A stretch of DNA of 64,000 nucleotides from Alphaproteobacteria bacterium (lineage in GTDB: Bacteria; Pseudomonadota; Alphaproteobacteria; GCA-2731375): NCBI GenBank assembly GCA_965232515.1, contig CBDDPY010000002.1, positions 6,400,001-6,464,000 on the forward strand. The letters are read 5' to 3'. Each line of letters begins with the position of its first letter. The first letter of the stretch is position 1. Below, one piece after another: positions 45,087 to 54,439 of this stretch. The notes under the pieces were generated by a model, which did no database searches, was not told the origin of the DNA, and worked only from the letters and a program-made list of their open reading frames with translations. Position numbers and translations under genes: made by a program.

Positions 45087-45944
45087 CTACGCCGCCGCGA
45101 TCCGCGCAACCGCTTCATTCGTTGTCCACAAGGCATTGGCGATGTAGCGGAAGTTGATCAATGCCGCCAGATAGCCGTCGCCCTCGGGCAGCTTTGCCGC
45201 GGCCGTCGCATCGCGCACCACCGCCACCTCGTAGCCCTGCTCAAGCAGCTCGTGCAGATGCGCCTGCACGCACAGATTGGCCGACATGCCCGCCAGGATA
45301 ATCCGGTCGATGCCGGCCTTGCGCAGCTGCAGGCTCAGATCGTTGGCCTCTGGGCCATAGACCTTGTGCGGCGAGGCGATGATGGTCTTGCCATCCTCGA
45401 TCATCGCCTTGTATTCCGGCATGAAGTCTGCGCCCGAGCCGGTGAAGCCGTCGGTGGTCAGCGGTCCCTGGCGGTCGAACATGCCGATGGCGTGCATGAG
45501 CTTTTCCAGCGGTCCGCCGAACTTCCAGCCATGGTCCGTTGGATAGTAGTAGTGCGGCGAAATCGCGACCGTCATGCCAGCGGACTTTGCCGCCTTCAAC
45601 AGTCTCCCGATATTGGCGACCGTGCCGTGTTCCTCGACGCTGGCGCCCACGACCTTCCAGGTCACGCCTTTGGGGCTCAGAAAATCGATCTGCGGATCGG
45701 TGATGACGAGTGCGGTATTGGCCAGCTCGACCTTCATATCGGTCTGCGGCAACGCACCCTTGGCCGGGTCTTGATAAGCGCCGGACTGGGCCTGCGCCGG
45801 CGCCGAGCCGGCTGCCGCCATGACGGTCGCCGCGCCGGCCGCCGCCGCCGTCGTCGTGGCCGCGCGCAGCAGGCGCCGCCGGCTCAGCCCGTCATGCGTA
45901 TGGCCGCAAGCCTGGCCGTGATCGTGTCTGCACTGGTCTGTCAT
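45087..45944 (-). CDS. Cysteine hydrolase (isochorismatase family) with Tat signal
   Basis: SRRRLL...AQA signal; D (TDPQIDF), K (PHKVYG), C (SANLCV) triad. Confidence 0.88.
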   Translation of the reverse strand: MTDQCRHDHGQACGHTHDGLSRRRLLRAATTTAAAAGAATVMAAAGSAPAQAQSGAYQDPAKGALPQTDMKVELANTALVITDPQIDFLSPKGVTWKVVGASVEEHGTVANIGRLLKAAKSAGMTVAISPHYYYPTDHGWKFGGPLEKLMHAIGMFDRQGPLTTDGFTGSGADFMPEYKAMIEDGKTIIASPHKVYGPEANDLSLQLRKAGIDRIILAGMSANLCVQAHLHELLEQGYEVAVVRDATAAAKLPEGDGYLAALINFRYIANALWTTNEAVARIAAA

Positions 45945-46096
45945 GTTCGTTCTCCCCAGGGCATGGATTGCCGAGACGAGAAGTGAACGCCAGTTGGCGT
46001 GCTTTTTGGCCGCAAAGCCGTGCCCAATCGTCCGGCCGCAATCGCGATCATGCAGAAGTGAGCGGTCGATCCGCGCCGACGGTCTAAACTGGCGCC

Positions 46097-47038
46097 ATGT
46101 CGATGATCGACCGGGTCTTGGAAGGGCTTTCGGTTCGGGTGGAGCCATTCGCGCTCTGCGAGGTGCGCGGGACGGGACGGTTATGGATCGGCGCGCGCGA
46201 GCGGGTCACGATCCATTATGCGCTCGCCGGCGCCGGCCGACTCGATCTCGGCGGCGGACGGTCACGGCCGATGCGGTCCGGTTGCGTCGTCATTGTGCCG
46301 GCCGGCCTGCGCCACGGCCTGCAAAGCGATGCGCCGACCGGCGACGCCCGATCGCTGCCCAGCTGTCATGCGTTGACCCCGGCATGGGAAAGCCACAAGG
46401 CCGGCACCGGCGACACGGGCCTTCTGGTTGCCTGCGCCGAGTTCTCGGCGCTCTACCACCAGGCCGAGGACCTGTTCGCCCATCGGACCGAGCCGCTCCT
46501 TCTGCAGCCGCGCCCGCGCGATCCGGTCTGCCGGATCATGGAGCAGATGATCGACGAGCTGGCCGATCCCGGGCCGGGCGCATCGGCGCTGGTGGAAGCC
46601 CTGATGCGGCAATGCCTTGTGCATGTCCTGCGGCGGCTGGATACGGGCGGGGACGACGGCGCGGACGGCTTGCCCTGGCTCAACGCCCTCGATGACGAAC
46701 GCCTGGGCCGAGCACTCGACGCCATCAATCGGACGCCGGAAGCCGCCCATTCGCTTGCCTCGCTGGCGGCGCTGGCCGGCATGAGCCGGTCGACCTTCGC
46801 CGCGCATTTCACCCGTACCTTCGGCCAGGGGCCGATCGCGATGCTGCACGACGTTCGTCTCGAAAAGGCCGCGTTGTTGCTGCGGACCGAGAATCGACCG
46901 GTCAAGGAGCTTGCCGCCCGCGTTGGCTACGACAGCCGCAGCTATTTTTCCCGCGCGTTCCGTCAGCGCTTCGGCCTCTCACCCGCGGCCTATCGCGATG
47001 CCGCCGCTGCCGGGGCGGCCCATACCGACCGGCCGTAG
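46097..47038 (+). CDS. AraC family transcriptional regulator (cupin N-terminus)
   Basis: LAALAGMSRSTFAAHF, VGYDSRSYFSRAF. Confidence 0.92.
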   Translation: MSMIDRVLEGLSVRVEPFALCEVRGTGRLWIGARERVTIHYALAGAGRLDLGGGRSRPMRSGCVVIVPAGLRHGLQSDAPTGDARSLPSCHALTPAWESHKAGTGDTGLLVACAEFSALYHQAEDLFAHRTEPLLLQPRPRDPVCRIMEQMIDELADPGPGASALVEALMRQCLVHVLRRLDTGGDDGADGLPWLNALDDERLGRALDAINRTPEAAHSLASLAALAGMSRSTFAAHFTRTFGQGPIAMLHDVRLEKAALLLRTENRPVKELAARVGYDSRSYFSRAFRQRFGLSPAAYRDAAAAGAAHTDRP

Positions 47039-47122
47039 CGGTACTAGGGTGGTCGGACGCTTGATTGGCGATGCGATAAGGCATCGACAAGCCGGCCCGC
47101 TGTTGCTATACCGCGCCCCGTC

Positions 47123-47198
<76 letters not shown>

Positions 47199-47354
47199 AT
47201 CTTTTCAAAGGGTTAGGTGGACAGAGCCAAAACGTTAGGCTCGCCATAGGCGCCAAAAGGCGTACCTGGCGATGGCAAGCGTTGGGTCCGCTTTTTTTCG
47301 TTCGAGGGAAACTGTCCTGAACGCCGGCGCTCGGTGTGCAGTTGACGACCAATG

Positions 47355-47540
47355 CGGCCTATTGATGCCTGGCACCGCCGCAGCGAAGTTTCCGGACGCT
47401 CGGCCAGCATTCCCGGTATCGGCGTTGTCACGGCCAGCTCGTTGGTGGCGAGCCTGGGTGGCGGCTCCGCCAATCGATCCGATCGCCAGCGATCGGACTG
47501 ACTGGGCCGACCGCCCGCTCACAAGCGAGTGCTGCCGTCC
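47355..47540 (+). pseudogene. IS110-family transposase remnant
   Basis: Frame from 47361 reads IDAWHRRSEVSGRSASIPGIGVVTASSLVASLGGGSANRSDRQRSD*LG, resembling the IS110 'AWHR...TIPGIG..TA...R...AWLGL' segment; stop at the expected Trp. Confidence 0.7.
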
Positions 47541-47641
47541 GGCCCCGGGTGCGCCTGGCGCGCAAGTCAGATCGTTTTACAACCTTAGAAACTGTGCAAT
47601 TGTCCGCCAGCGCACGTCTTGCTCGCCGTGAGGTATATGCC

Positions 47642-48664
47642 ATGACAGCACCGGACCCCGGCTACATCATGCAGGTCGCGAGCGGCTATGGCGTTTCCAA
47701 GGCGCTGATGTCCGCGGTGAGCCTGGGGCTTTACACGCGTCTCGCCGGCAGCCCGATGACGCTCGACGAGATCATGGAGGCGTACGGCTTCCTGCGGCGG
47801 CCGGCAATGGATTTCCTCGACCTTTTGGTATCCGTGGACCTCCTGGCGCGCGAGGGCGACGGCGAGGGCGCGCGCTACCTCAACACCCCAGCGACCGCGG
47901 CCTTCCTGGATCGCAACAAGCCCGGCTACATCGGTGGCGTCTTGGAACTCTGGGACCAGCGCAACTACCGCTTTTGGGCCGACATCACCGATGCCTTCAG
48001 GACCGGCAAAGCCCAGAACGAGACGAAGGAAGGCGGAACGCCGTTCTTCGAGACGCTCTACGCAGATCCCGCCCGCCTTGAAGCGTTCATGGACGCGATG
48101 ACCGGCGCGTCGAGCCGGAACTTCGAAAAGCTCGCCGAGGTCTTTCCCTTCGACCGGTATCGGACGCTGGCCGACATCGGCGGGGCGGACGCGCTTCTGT
48201 CGAGGATCGTGTCGGCCGCCCATCCGCATATCCGATGCACAAGCCTTGACCTGCCGGTCGTGACGCAGATCGCGGCCAGCAAGATTGCCGCCGCCTGGCT
48301 TGACGACCGTATCGATGCGGTCGCCGGCGACTTCTTTGCCGATCCTCTCCCGCAGGCGGATATCATCACCATGGGCATGATCCTACACGACTGGAACCTG
48401 GAGCGAAAAAGACTGCTGGTGAAGAAGGCCTATGACGCGCTGCCTGTCGGCGGCGCCTTCATTGCGATCGAAACCTTGATCGACGATGCCCGCCGCGACA
48501 ACACCTTCGGCTTGTTCATGTCGCTGACAATGCTGATGGAGTTCGGCGACGGCTTCGATTTCACAGGCTCGGAATTCATCTCCTGGTGCCGGGAGGCCGG
48601 CTTCAGCCGTTTTGAGATCATTCCGCTCGAAGCGCCGTCGAGCGCAGCGATTGCCTTTAAGTGA
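47642..48664 (+). CDS. SAM-dependent O-methyltransferase (type 2, dimerisation domain)
   Basis: LADIGG, DLP, GDFF, ILHDW. Confidence 0.9.
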   Translation: MTAPDPGYIMQVASGYGVSKALMSAVSLGLYTRLAGSPMTLDEIMEAYGFLRRPAMDFLDLLVSVDLLAREGDGEGARYLNTPATAAFLDRNKPGYIGGVLELWDQRNYRFWADITDAFRTGKAQNETKEGGTPFFETLYADPARLEAFMDAMTGASSRNFEKLAEVFPFDRYRTLADIGGADALLSRIVSAAHPHIRCTSLDLPVVTQIAASKIAAAWLDDRIDAVAGDFFADPLPQADIITMGMILHDWNLERKRLLVKKAYDALPVGGAFIAIETLIDDARRDNTFGLFMSLTMLMEFGDGFDFTGSEFISWCREAGFSRFEIIPLEAPSSAAIAFK

Positions 48665-48783
48665 CACCTTGTAGCAGATCCGTTCCTGTGCCACGGCGCC
48701 GGACCGCGCCGCTCGGGTCAATCACGATGGCGGAGATCAAGCGCGCGCAGCCGGTGGCCTGCCCGTAGCCCTGTCGTGGCCCC

Positions 48784-51700
48784 CTATGCGCTGCCTTCGA
48801 GCGCCTTGCCGCCGCGCCGCAGACGGCCCAGACGCTCGCTGAGCGTTTGGCAGGCGGCGTAGAGCACCGGAATCATCAGGAGGCCCAAGGTGCTGTCGAT
48901 GACCATACCCGCAAAGACCGGAAAGCCGATCGACATCCGGCCCGCCGCGCCCGCTCCGCTGGCCAGCAAAAGCGGCAACACGCCGAAGATGAAGCACAGA
49001 CCGGTCATCGTTACCGGGCGGAAGCGCTGATGCGCGGCGGCGATGGCGGCTTCCTGGATGCTGAGGCCGTCTTCGCGGGCGGCCTTGGCAAACTCGACCA
49101 CCATGATCGCCTTCTTGGCAGCCAGCCCGATCATCAGCACAATCCCGATCTGCGCATACATGTTGTTGCTCAAGAAGGGAATGATCTGCAGCGGCAGCAG
49201 GGCGCCGAAGATCGCGAACACCGTGGAGGCCATCACCGAAAGCGGCAGGAGCCAGCTCTCATACTGGGCGACCAGGAACAGGTACGCGAAGGTGATCGCC
49301 AGAATGAGAATCGGCACGATCAGCTTACCGGCCTCGACCTCTTCCGAGGTGACATCGCTCCACTCGATCACGTAGCCGTCCGGCAGGGTCGCCTCGGCGA
49401 TCTCCCGCATCTTCGCGATCGCCGCTCCGGAACTCACGCCACGCGCCAACTGAGCGCTGATCGATGCGGCGGTAAAGAGGTTGTAGCGGGAGATCTTGCG
49501 CGCACCGAGGTTCGGCGTCAGATCGACGAAGGTCCAAAGCGGGAGGGCCTCGCCGTCGGCATTCTTGACGAACAGGCCTTCGATGTCGTCGGCGGTCTGG
49601 CGGAACGGCGCGTCGGCTGACATGGTTACAGCGTATATCCGACCGTCCTTGATGAAGTTGTTGACGTAACGCGATCCGAAATTGGCCTGCAGGGCGGCAA
49701 GGATATCGCTGACAGCCACCCGCATCGCCTCGGCACGGTCGCGGTCGATGGTCAATTCGTACTGCGGTGCCGTCGCCGAGAAACCGCTGAAGGCTTGCGT
49801 GAATTCAGGGGCCTCCCGCAGGGCCGACAGGAACGCGGTCGTAACCCGATCGAGATCCGCCAAGCTGCCGCCGTCCAGATCCAGCAGCTTGGCCGAGAGA
49901 CCGCCGCTGTGGCCGAGGCCCGGTATGGCCGGCAGGGGAAAGACGAAGGACGAGGCCTCCGGCAGGGCCGCGAGGGACTTCGTGAGAGAGAACATGATGG
50001 CCCACCATCTGGTCTCCCGCGACGTGCGCTCGTCCCACGGGGCGAGGTTCAAGACAAGCATGCCGGCGTTCGAGGCGTTGCCGGAGATCATGCTGTGGCC
50101 GGACACGGCGGTTGCGGAAACGACGCCCGGGTGGCTCTCGACCCGCTCGCTGATTTCCTGCATCACCGTCTCGGTGCGCTGGAGCGAAGCCCCGTCCGGC
50201 AGGTTAACGTCGACAAAAAGAACGCCAGTGTCCTCCGGCGGGATGAAGCCGGTCGGCGTGGTCTGGAACAGGTAGATCGTGGCCCCGACGACGGCGATGA
50301 AGATCAGGATCGACGCTGCCATGAACCGCATCATCAGCCTGACCAGCGCGACGTAGGCGTCGCGAACGCGGTCGATGGCCGAGGGGATGAAGCGAAAGAC
50401 GCCCTTCGGCGCGCCGGCACGTCGGGACAGGATGCGCGAGCAGAGGGCCGGGCCCAGCGTCAGGGCATTGACGGCTGAGAGTGCGAAGGCAATGGTGATC
50501 GTGACGGCGAATTGGCGGTAGATCTCCCCGATCGCTCCGGGAAAGAAGCAGACCGGAACGAAGACGGCGGCAAGCACGAAGGTCGTGGCGACGATCGGCC
50601 GGGTCACCTGCGACATGGCTTTAAGCGTTGCCGCACGCGCGCCTAGACCGTGGTCCTTCATGATGCGCTCGGCGTTCTCGATGATCACGATGGCGTCGTC
50701 CACGACCAGCGTGATGGCCAGAACCAGCGCGAAGAGGGTGATCATGTTGGCGCTGAAGCCGACCAGACTGATCATGGCGAAGGTGCCCAGCAGGGAAACC
50801 GGGATCGCGATCGCGGGGACCAGCGTCGCCCGCCAGCTCAGTAGGAAGAACAACGTCACCGACACGACAAGGAGCGTGGTGATGCCAAGCGTGATCACGA
50901 TTTCCTTGATCGACATCCGCACCGCCGCCGTGACGTCGTAGGTCAACTCATAAGCGACATCGTCGGGAAACCGCGCGGCCAGCCGGCCCATCTCGCGATG
51001 GACAGCGTCGGCAACGTCGAACGCGTTGGCGCCGCTCTTCTGGTAGATGGCGATGACGGCCGCCGGCTCCCCTTTGTAGCGCGAGGTGGCGGCATAACTC
51101 TCGGCGCCGAGCTCGATACGCGCTATGTCCTTCAGACGCACGAAGGAAGCCTCGCCGTCCGCCAGGACGATGATGTCCTCGAATTCTTCGGCGGTCTTCA
51201 ACAGGCCGTCGGCTTGCAGGGTGAATTGGAACGAGGTCCGTTGATCGCCGAACGGCGGCGCGCCGACCTGCCCTGCCGCGGTCTCGACATTCTGGGACTG
51301 GACTGCCGCCGAAACGTCCGAGGCGTCAATATTCAGCGCCGCCATCTTTTTCGGGTCGAGCCAGATCCGCATGCTGTATTCAAGCGGGCCGAACTGATTG
51401 GCCGCCCCGACGCCTTTGATCCGCCCCAGCGGATCCTGCAGAAGGTCGCTCGCGTAGTTGCTGAGGAAGAGCTGGTCGTGGGTCCGGTTCGGCGACGTCA
51501 GTGTGATGAGTTGAAGGAAGCTGCCGCTGCGCGTCGATGTCGAGATCCCCTGCTGCACGACGTCGGCGGGCAGAGACGGGGTGACCAGCGCCACCCGGTT
51601 CTGGACGTGCACGGCGGCGATGTCGGGGTCCGTCCCGGGTTCGAAGCTGATCGAGAGCTTGTAGGTGCCGTCGTTCGACGAGGACGAGGACATGTGGATC

Positions 51701-51927
51701 ACGCCGTCGACGCCGTTGAGCTCCCGTTCGATCGGCGCGGCAACCGCGTCCCGGATCAGGGCGGCGCTGGCGCCCGGGTAGGTGGCGGATACCGAGACCC
51801 GAGGGGGCACGATGTCGGGAAACTGGGAGATCGGAATGAAACGGATGCCGATCGCGCCAAGGATCACGGTCACGATCGCCAGGACGAGGGCGAAATTCGG
51901 CCGGTCGATAAAGAACCTGGATATCAT
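48784..51927 (-). CDS. RND efflux permease (AcrB/HAE1 type)
   Basis: MISRFFIDRP, VDDAIV, RFRPVTMT; 1047 aa. Confidence 0.95.
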   Translation of the reverse strand: MISRFFIDRPNFALVLAIVTVILGAIGIRFIPISQFPDIVPPRVSVSATYPGASAALIRDAVAAPIERELNGVDGVIHMSSSSSNDGTYKLSISFEPGTDPDIAAVHVQNRVALVTPSLPADVVQQGISTSTRSGSFLQLITLTSPNRTHDQLFLSNYASDLLQDPLGRIKGVGAANQFGPLEYSMRIWLDPKKMAALNIDASDVSAAVQSQNVETAAGQVGAPPFGDQRTSFQFTLQADGLLKTAEEFEDIIVLADGEASFVRLKDIARIELGAESYAATSRYKGEPAAVIAIYQKSGANAFDVADAVHREMGRLAARFPDDVAYELTYDVTAAVRMSIKEIVITLGITTLLVVSVTLFFLLSWRATLVPAIAIPVSLLGTFAMISLVGFSANMITLFALVLAITLVVDDAIVIIENAERIMKDHGLGARAATLKAMSQVTRPIVATTFVLAAVFVPVCFFPGAIGEIYRQFAVTITIAFALSAVNALTLGPALCSRILSRRAGAPKGVFRFIPSAIDRVRDAYVALVRLMMRFMAASILIFIAVVGATIYLFQTTPTGFIPPEDTGVLFVDVNLPDGASLQRTETVMQEISERVESHPGVVSATAVSGHSMISGNASNAGMLVLNLAPWDERTSRETRWWAIMFSLTKSLAALPEASSFVFPLPAIPGLGHSGGLSAKLLDLDGGSLADLDRVTTAFLSALREAPEFTQAFSGFSATAPQYELTIDRDRAEAMRVAVSDILAALQANFGSRYVNNFIKDGRIYAVTMSADAPFRQTADDIEGLFVKNADGEALPLWTFVDLTPNLGARKISRYNLFTAASISAQLARGVSSGAAIAKMREIAEATLPDGYVIEWSDVTSEEVEAGKLIVPILILAITFAYLFLVAQYESWLLPLSVMASTVFAIFGALLPLQIIPFLSNNMYAQIGIVLMIGLAAKKAIMVVEFAKAAREDGLSIQEAAIAAAHQRFRPVTMTGLCFIFGVLPLLLASGAGAAGRMSIGFPVFAGMVIDSTLGLLMIPVLYAACQTLSERLGRLRRGGKALEGSA

Positions 51928-51942
51928 GCGGGTCGTCCCGGC

Positions 51943-53049
51943 TCAGCCTTGGGCTTCGGTCGGCGTGACTTTCGAGCCCACGTGAACCTTCTGCAGCCCC
52001 TGGACGATGACGCTCGTGCCCGCCTGGAGTCCGTCTGTGATCACCCAATATCGTCCGAGCTGCCGACCGAGTTCGACGTCACGCCGTTCCACCGTGTCTT
52101 CAGTGCTCAGGACGAACACGAAATGGCCGGCCCGGTCGAGCTGCAAGGCGGCTTGCGGCACCGTGACGACGGGCCGGGCGTCGGGATTCACGAGGCGGAC
52201 CGTCACCGTCTGTCCCGGAACGAGCAGACCGTCGTTGTTGTCGATGGTCGCGCGCACCTCAATTGTGTCCGTCGAGGCGCGCACTGCCTGGCCGACATAG
52301 TCGACCCGCCCCACCGGACCATAATGCGCGCCCGTGGAGAGCTCCACATGGACGCCGAGTGTCGAGTCATTGGCGGCGATGAGGCCGGTCTGCCGCTTTG
52401 CGATCAGGTCGCGCTCACTGAGATAGAAACTCACATGGATCGGATCGACCGAGGTGACGGTGGCAAGGACTCCGCTCTCGGCGTTGACGAGATTGCCCAC
52501 ATCGACGCTCGACTTGCCCACCCTGCCGTCGATCGGACTGGTGATCCGGGTATAGCCGAGGTTGACTTTCGCTGTTGTCAGATCGGCCTTGGCTTCGCCG
52601 ACCGCTGCTTTGGTCGCCCCGAGTTCGGCGATCGCGGCGTCTACGGTGGCCTGGGCGACGTTGGCCCTGGCGCGAAGCTTGCGCTTGCGCGCGAGCGCCT
52701 TTTCGGCGTTCGTGACAGCGGCCTCGGCGCCCTTCAACGTCGCCTGGACCTTGTCGACTTTGGCCCGGTAGTGCGTGTTCTCGATCTCAAACAGAACATC
52801 GCCTTTCGAGACCGGTCCGCCTTCGGTGAAGCGGCGCATTTCGAGCGTGCCCTCGACGCGGGCCGTGATCGCAACGGTTCTGATAGCCTCGATCCGGCCG
52901 ACATAGGAATCAGCCGACGCGGCTACGCGCCGCGCCGCCTTTTCGACCACGACGGAGGGAAGCGGACTTGAAGCGGATTGGCCGTAAGCCGCGTCGGCAC
53001 AGAACAGCGCTGAAAGGCAAAGCGCCAGGGTTTGGAGGCCACGTATCAT
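51943..53049 (-). CDS. RND periplasmic adaptor (MFP)
   Basis: ARVEG...GDVLFEI lipoyl half, ITSPIDGRVG. Confidence 0.93.
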   Translation of the reverse strand: MIRGLQTLALCLSALFCADAAYGQSASSPLPSVVVEKAARRVAASADSYVGRIEAIRTVAITARVEGTLEMRRFTEGGPVSKGDVLFEIENTHYRAKVDKVQATLKGAEAAVTNAEKALARKRKLRARANVAQATVDAAIAELGATKAAVGEAKADLTTAKVNLGYTRITSPIDGRVGKSSVDVGNLVNAESGVLATVTSVDPIHVSFYLSERDLIAKRQTGLIAANDSTLGVHVELSTGAHYGPVGRVDYVGQAVRASTDTIEVRATIDNNDGLLVPGQTVTVRLVNPDARPVVTVPQAALQLDRAGHFVFVLSTEDTVERRDVELGRQLGRYWVITDGLQAGTSVIVQGLQKVHVGSKVTPTEAQG

Positions 53050-53201
53050 CGTTCTTTCCTTTGAACGGCGATTTCGCGCCGACCGGGCACAGGCTCGCCA
53101 TGCAGCCCCGTCGAGGGCGGACCCGCCGTCTCGTCAGGGCGTGCCGTCGACTTCGGGCGGCCGCACCATCGCCCGGGAGCCCGCGCTCTCACAAGGCCGG
53201 C

Positions 53202-53223
53202 GTTCGTCCAAGGTTCGTCCAAG
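53202..53223. repeat. Perfect 11-bp tandem repeat upstream of the RND operon
   Basis: GTTCGTCCAAG twice. Confidence 0.7.
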
Positions 53224-53419
53224 TCGGCTGCTGGGCACGGCGGACGCCCATACCTAAGTCGGTGGCGTTCTGGCTTTGAACGTCCACACAGGCGCGCGTC
53301 GCGTGCCAGCATTGCGACGCGGCCAACACGGCCCATAGGTTAGGAAACGGAACCATGACGGCATTCGATCGGTTCATTGCGGGCGCCAAACAGTCCGCCA
53401 GCAACATTGACATCGGGCG

Positions 53420-53755
53420 GCAGAACGCGTTGGCCCGGTCGGTGACGCCGCGGCCATAGCTCTAGGCCAGTATCCAAAGGATCGAATGCTGGTTTAGAAG
53501 CAAGAAATCTCGGGCAAGTTCGGCCGAGGGTACGGCTCCGCCAGGTTCCGTGCCCTCGGCCGTTGCATTAGTCGATGATGGGGGCAACGCCGGATCCCGG
53601 ATACAACGCGCGTCCGCTCCGGTCTTGATTGAACAGCGAGTGGAAATCATCCACGCGCATTCGCTCTCAATCCTCGGCGGAGCAGGCTTTCTCCGTGCTA
53701 TGGCCGCGGTGTCATCGGATGCCGTGGCTGCGGCAGGGACGACGCCATGTTCAAC
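53420..53755 (+). ncRNA. Candidate structured non-coding element
   Basis: 22-bp closing stem 53439-60/53697-718 plus internal 13-bp and 15-bp stems; non-Watson-Crick pairs in these three stems are G-U on the + strand. Confidence 0.45.
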
Positions 53756-53779
53756 GGTATCGCCGAGGCGGACAACGGC

Positions 53780-54211
53780 CTAGCGAGAGACGTCGTGGGA
53801 CAGCCGGACGACATTCAGGTCGCCGCGCCGCTGGTAGGTTATTTCGTCAACAACGTTCCAGACAAGATCCAGGCCGAATCCGCCGGGCTCGGCGTAGCGG
53901 TCGGACGGCCGCGCGACGGGCTTCGTCGGATCGAACTCCAGCCCGGGATAGACAATCTGCGTAACGATCCGGCCCGGCTCGCAACCGACGTCCAAAACGA
54001 CAGCCGTTTCTGCTTCAACGGCGTGGCCATGTGCAATTGCGTTGGCGACAAGCTCCTCGGCCGCCAGCATCACATGCTTGCCCAGGGAGGCTTCGACATC
54101 GTTATCGGCGAGAAACCCTTCGATGACGTCAAGCATGGCGCCGATGACCGATAGATCGGGTGCAAACTCGATGGTCAATGCTGTGCCGTTTTTGAGTCTT
54201 TCGCTCTTCAT
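53780..54211 (-). CDS. RsbW/BtrW-like anti-sigma factor (HATPase_c_2)
   Basis: AEELVANAIAHG N-box, FDP, PGGFGLDLV G2 box; start uncertain. Confidence 0.8.
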   Translation of the reverse strand: MKSERLKNGTALTIEFAPDLSVIGAMLDVIEGFLADNDVEASLGKHVMLAAEELVANAIAHGHAVEAETAVVLDVGCEPGRIVTQIVYPGLEFDPTKPVARPSDRYAEPGGFGLDLVWNVVDEITYQRRGDLNVVRLSHDVSR

Positions 54212-54439
54212 GTCCAGCGATGCGCTACTCAAACCAGCTGCTCCATTCGCGCGCCGACGCTCGACAGCAGTCGTCGGCACTCATATGTCCTGCATAATGT
54301 ATTAAAGCATCGCCAGCGGGACGATAATCTCTGTCCGACATTCGTCCGAACGCTCCGAACGTCCACGCGTTACATCTCACGTCATCACATAGAACTTAAA
54401 CCCTCGCTCAACCGGGGGGCGCGATGAGAGTCGGAGTCG

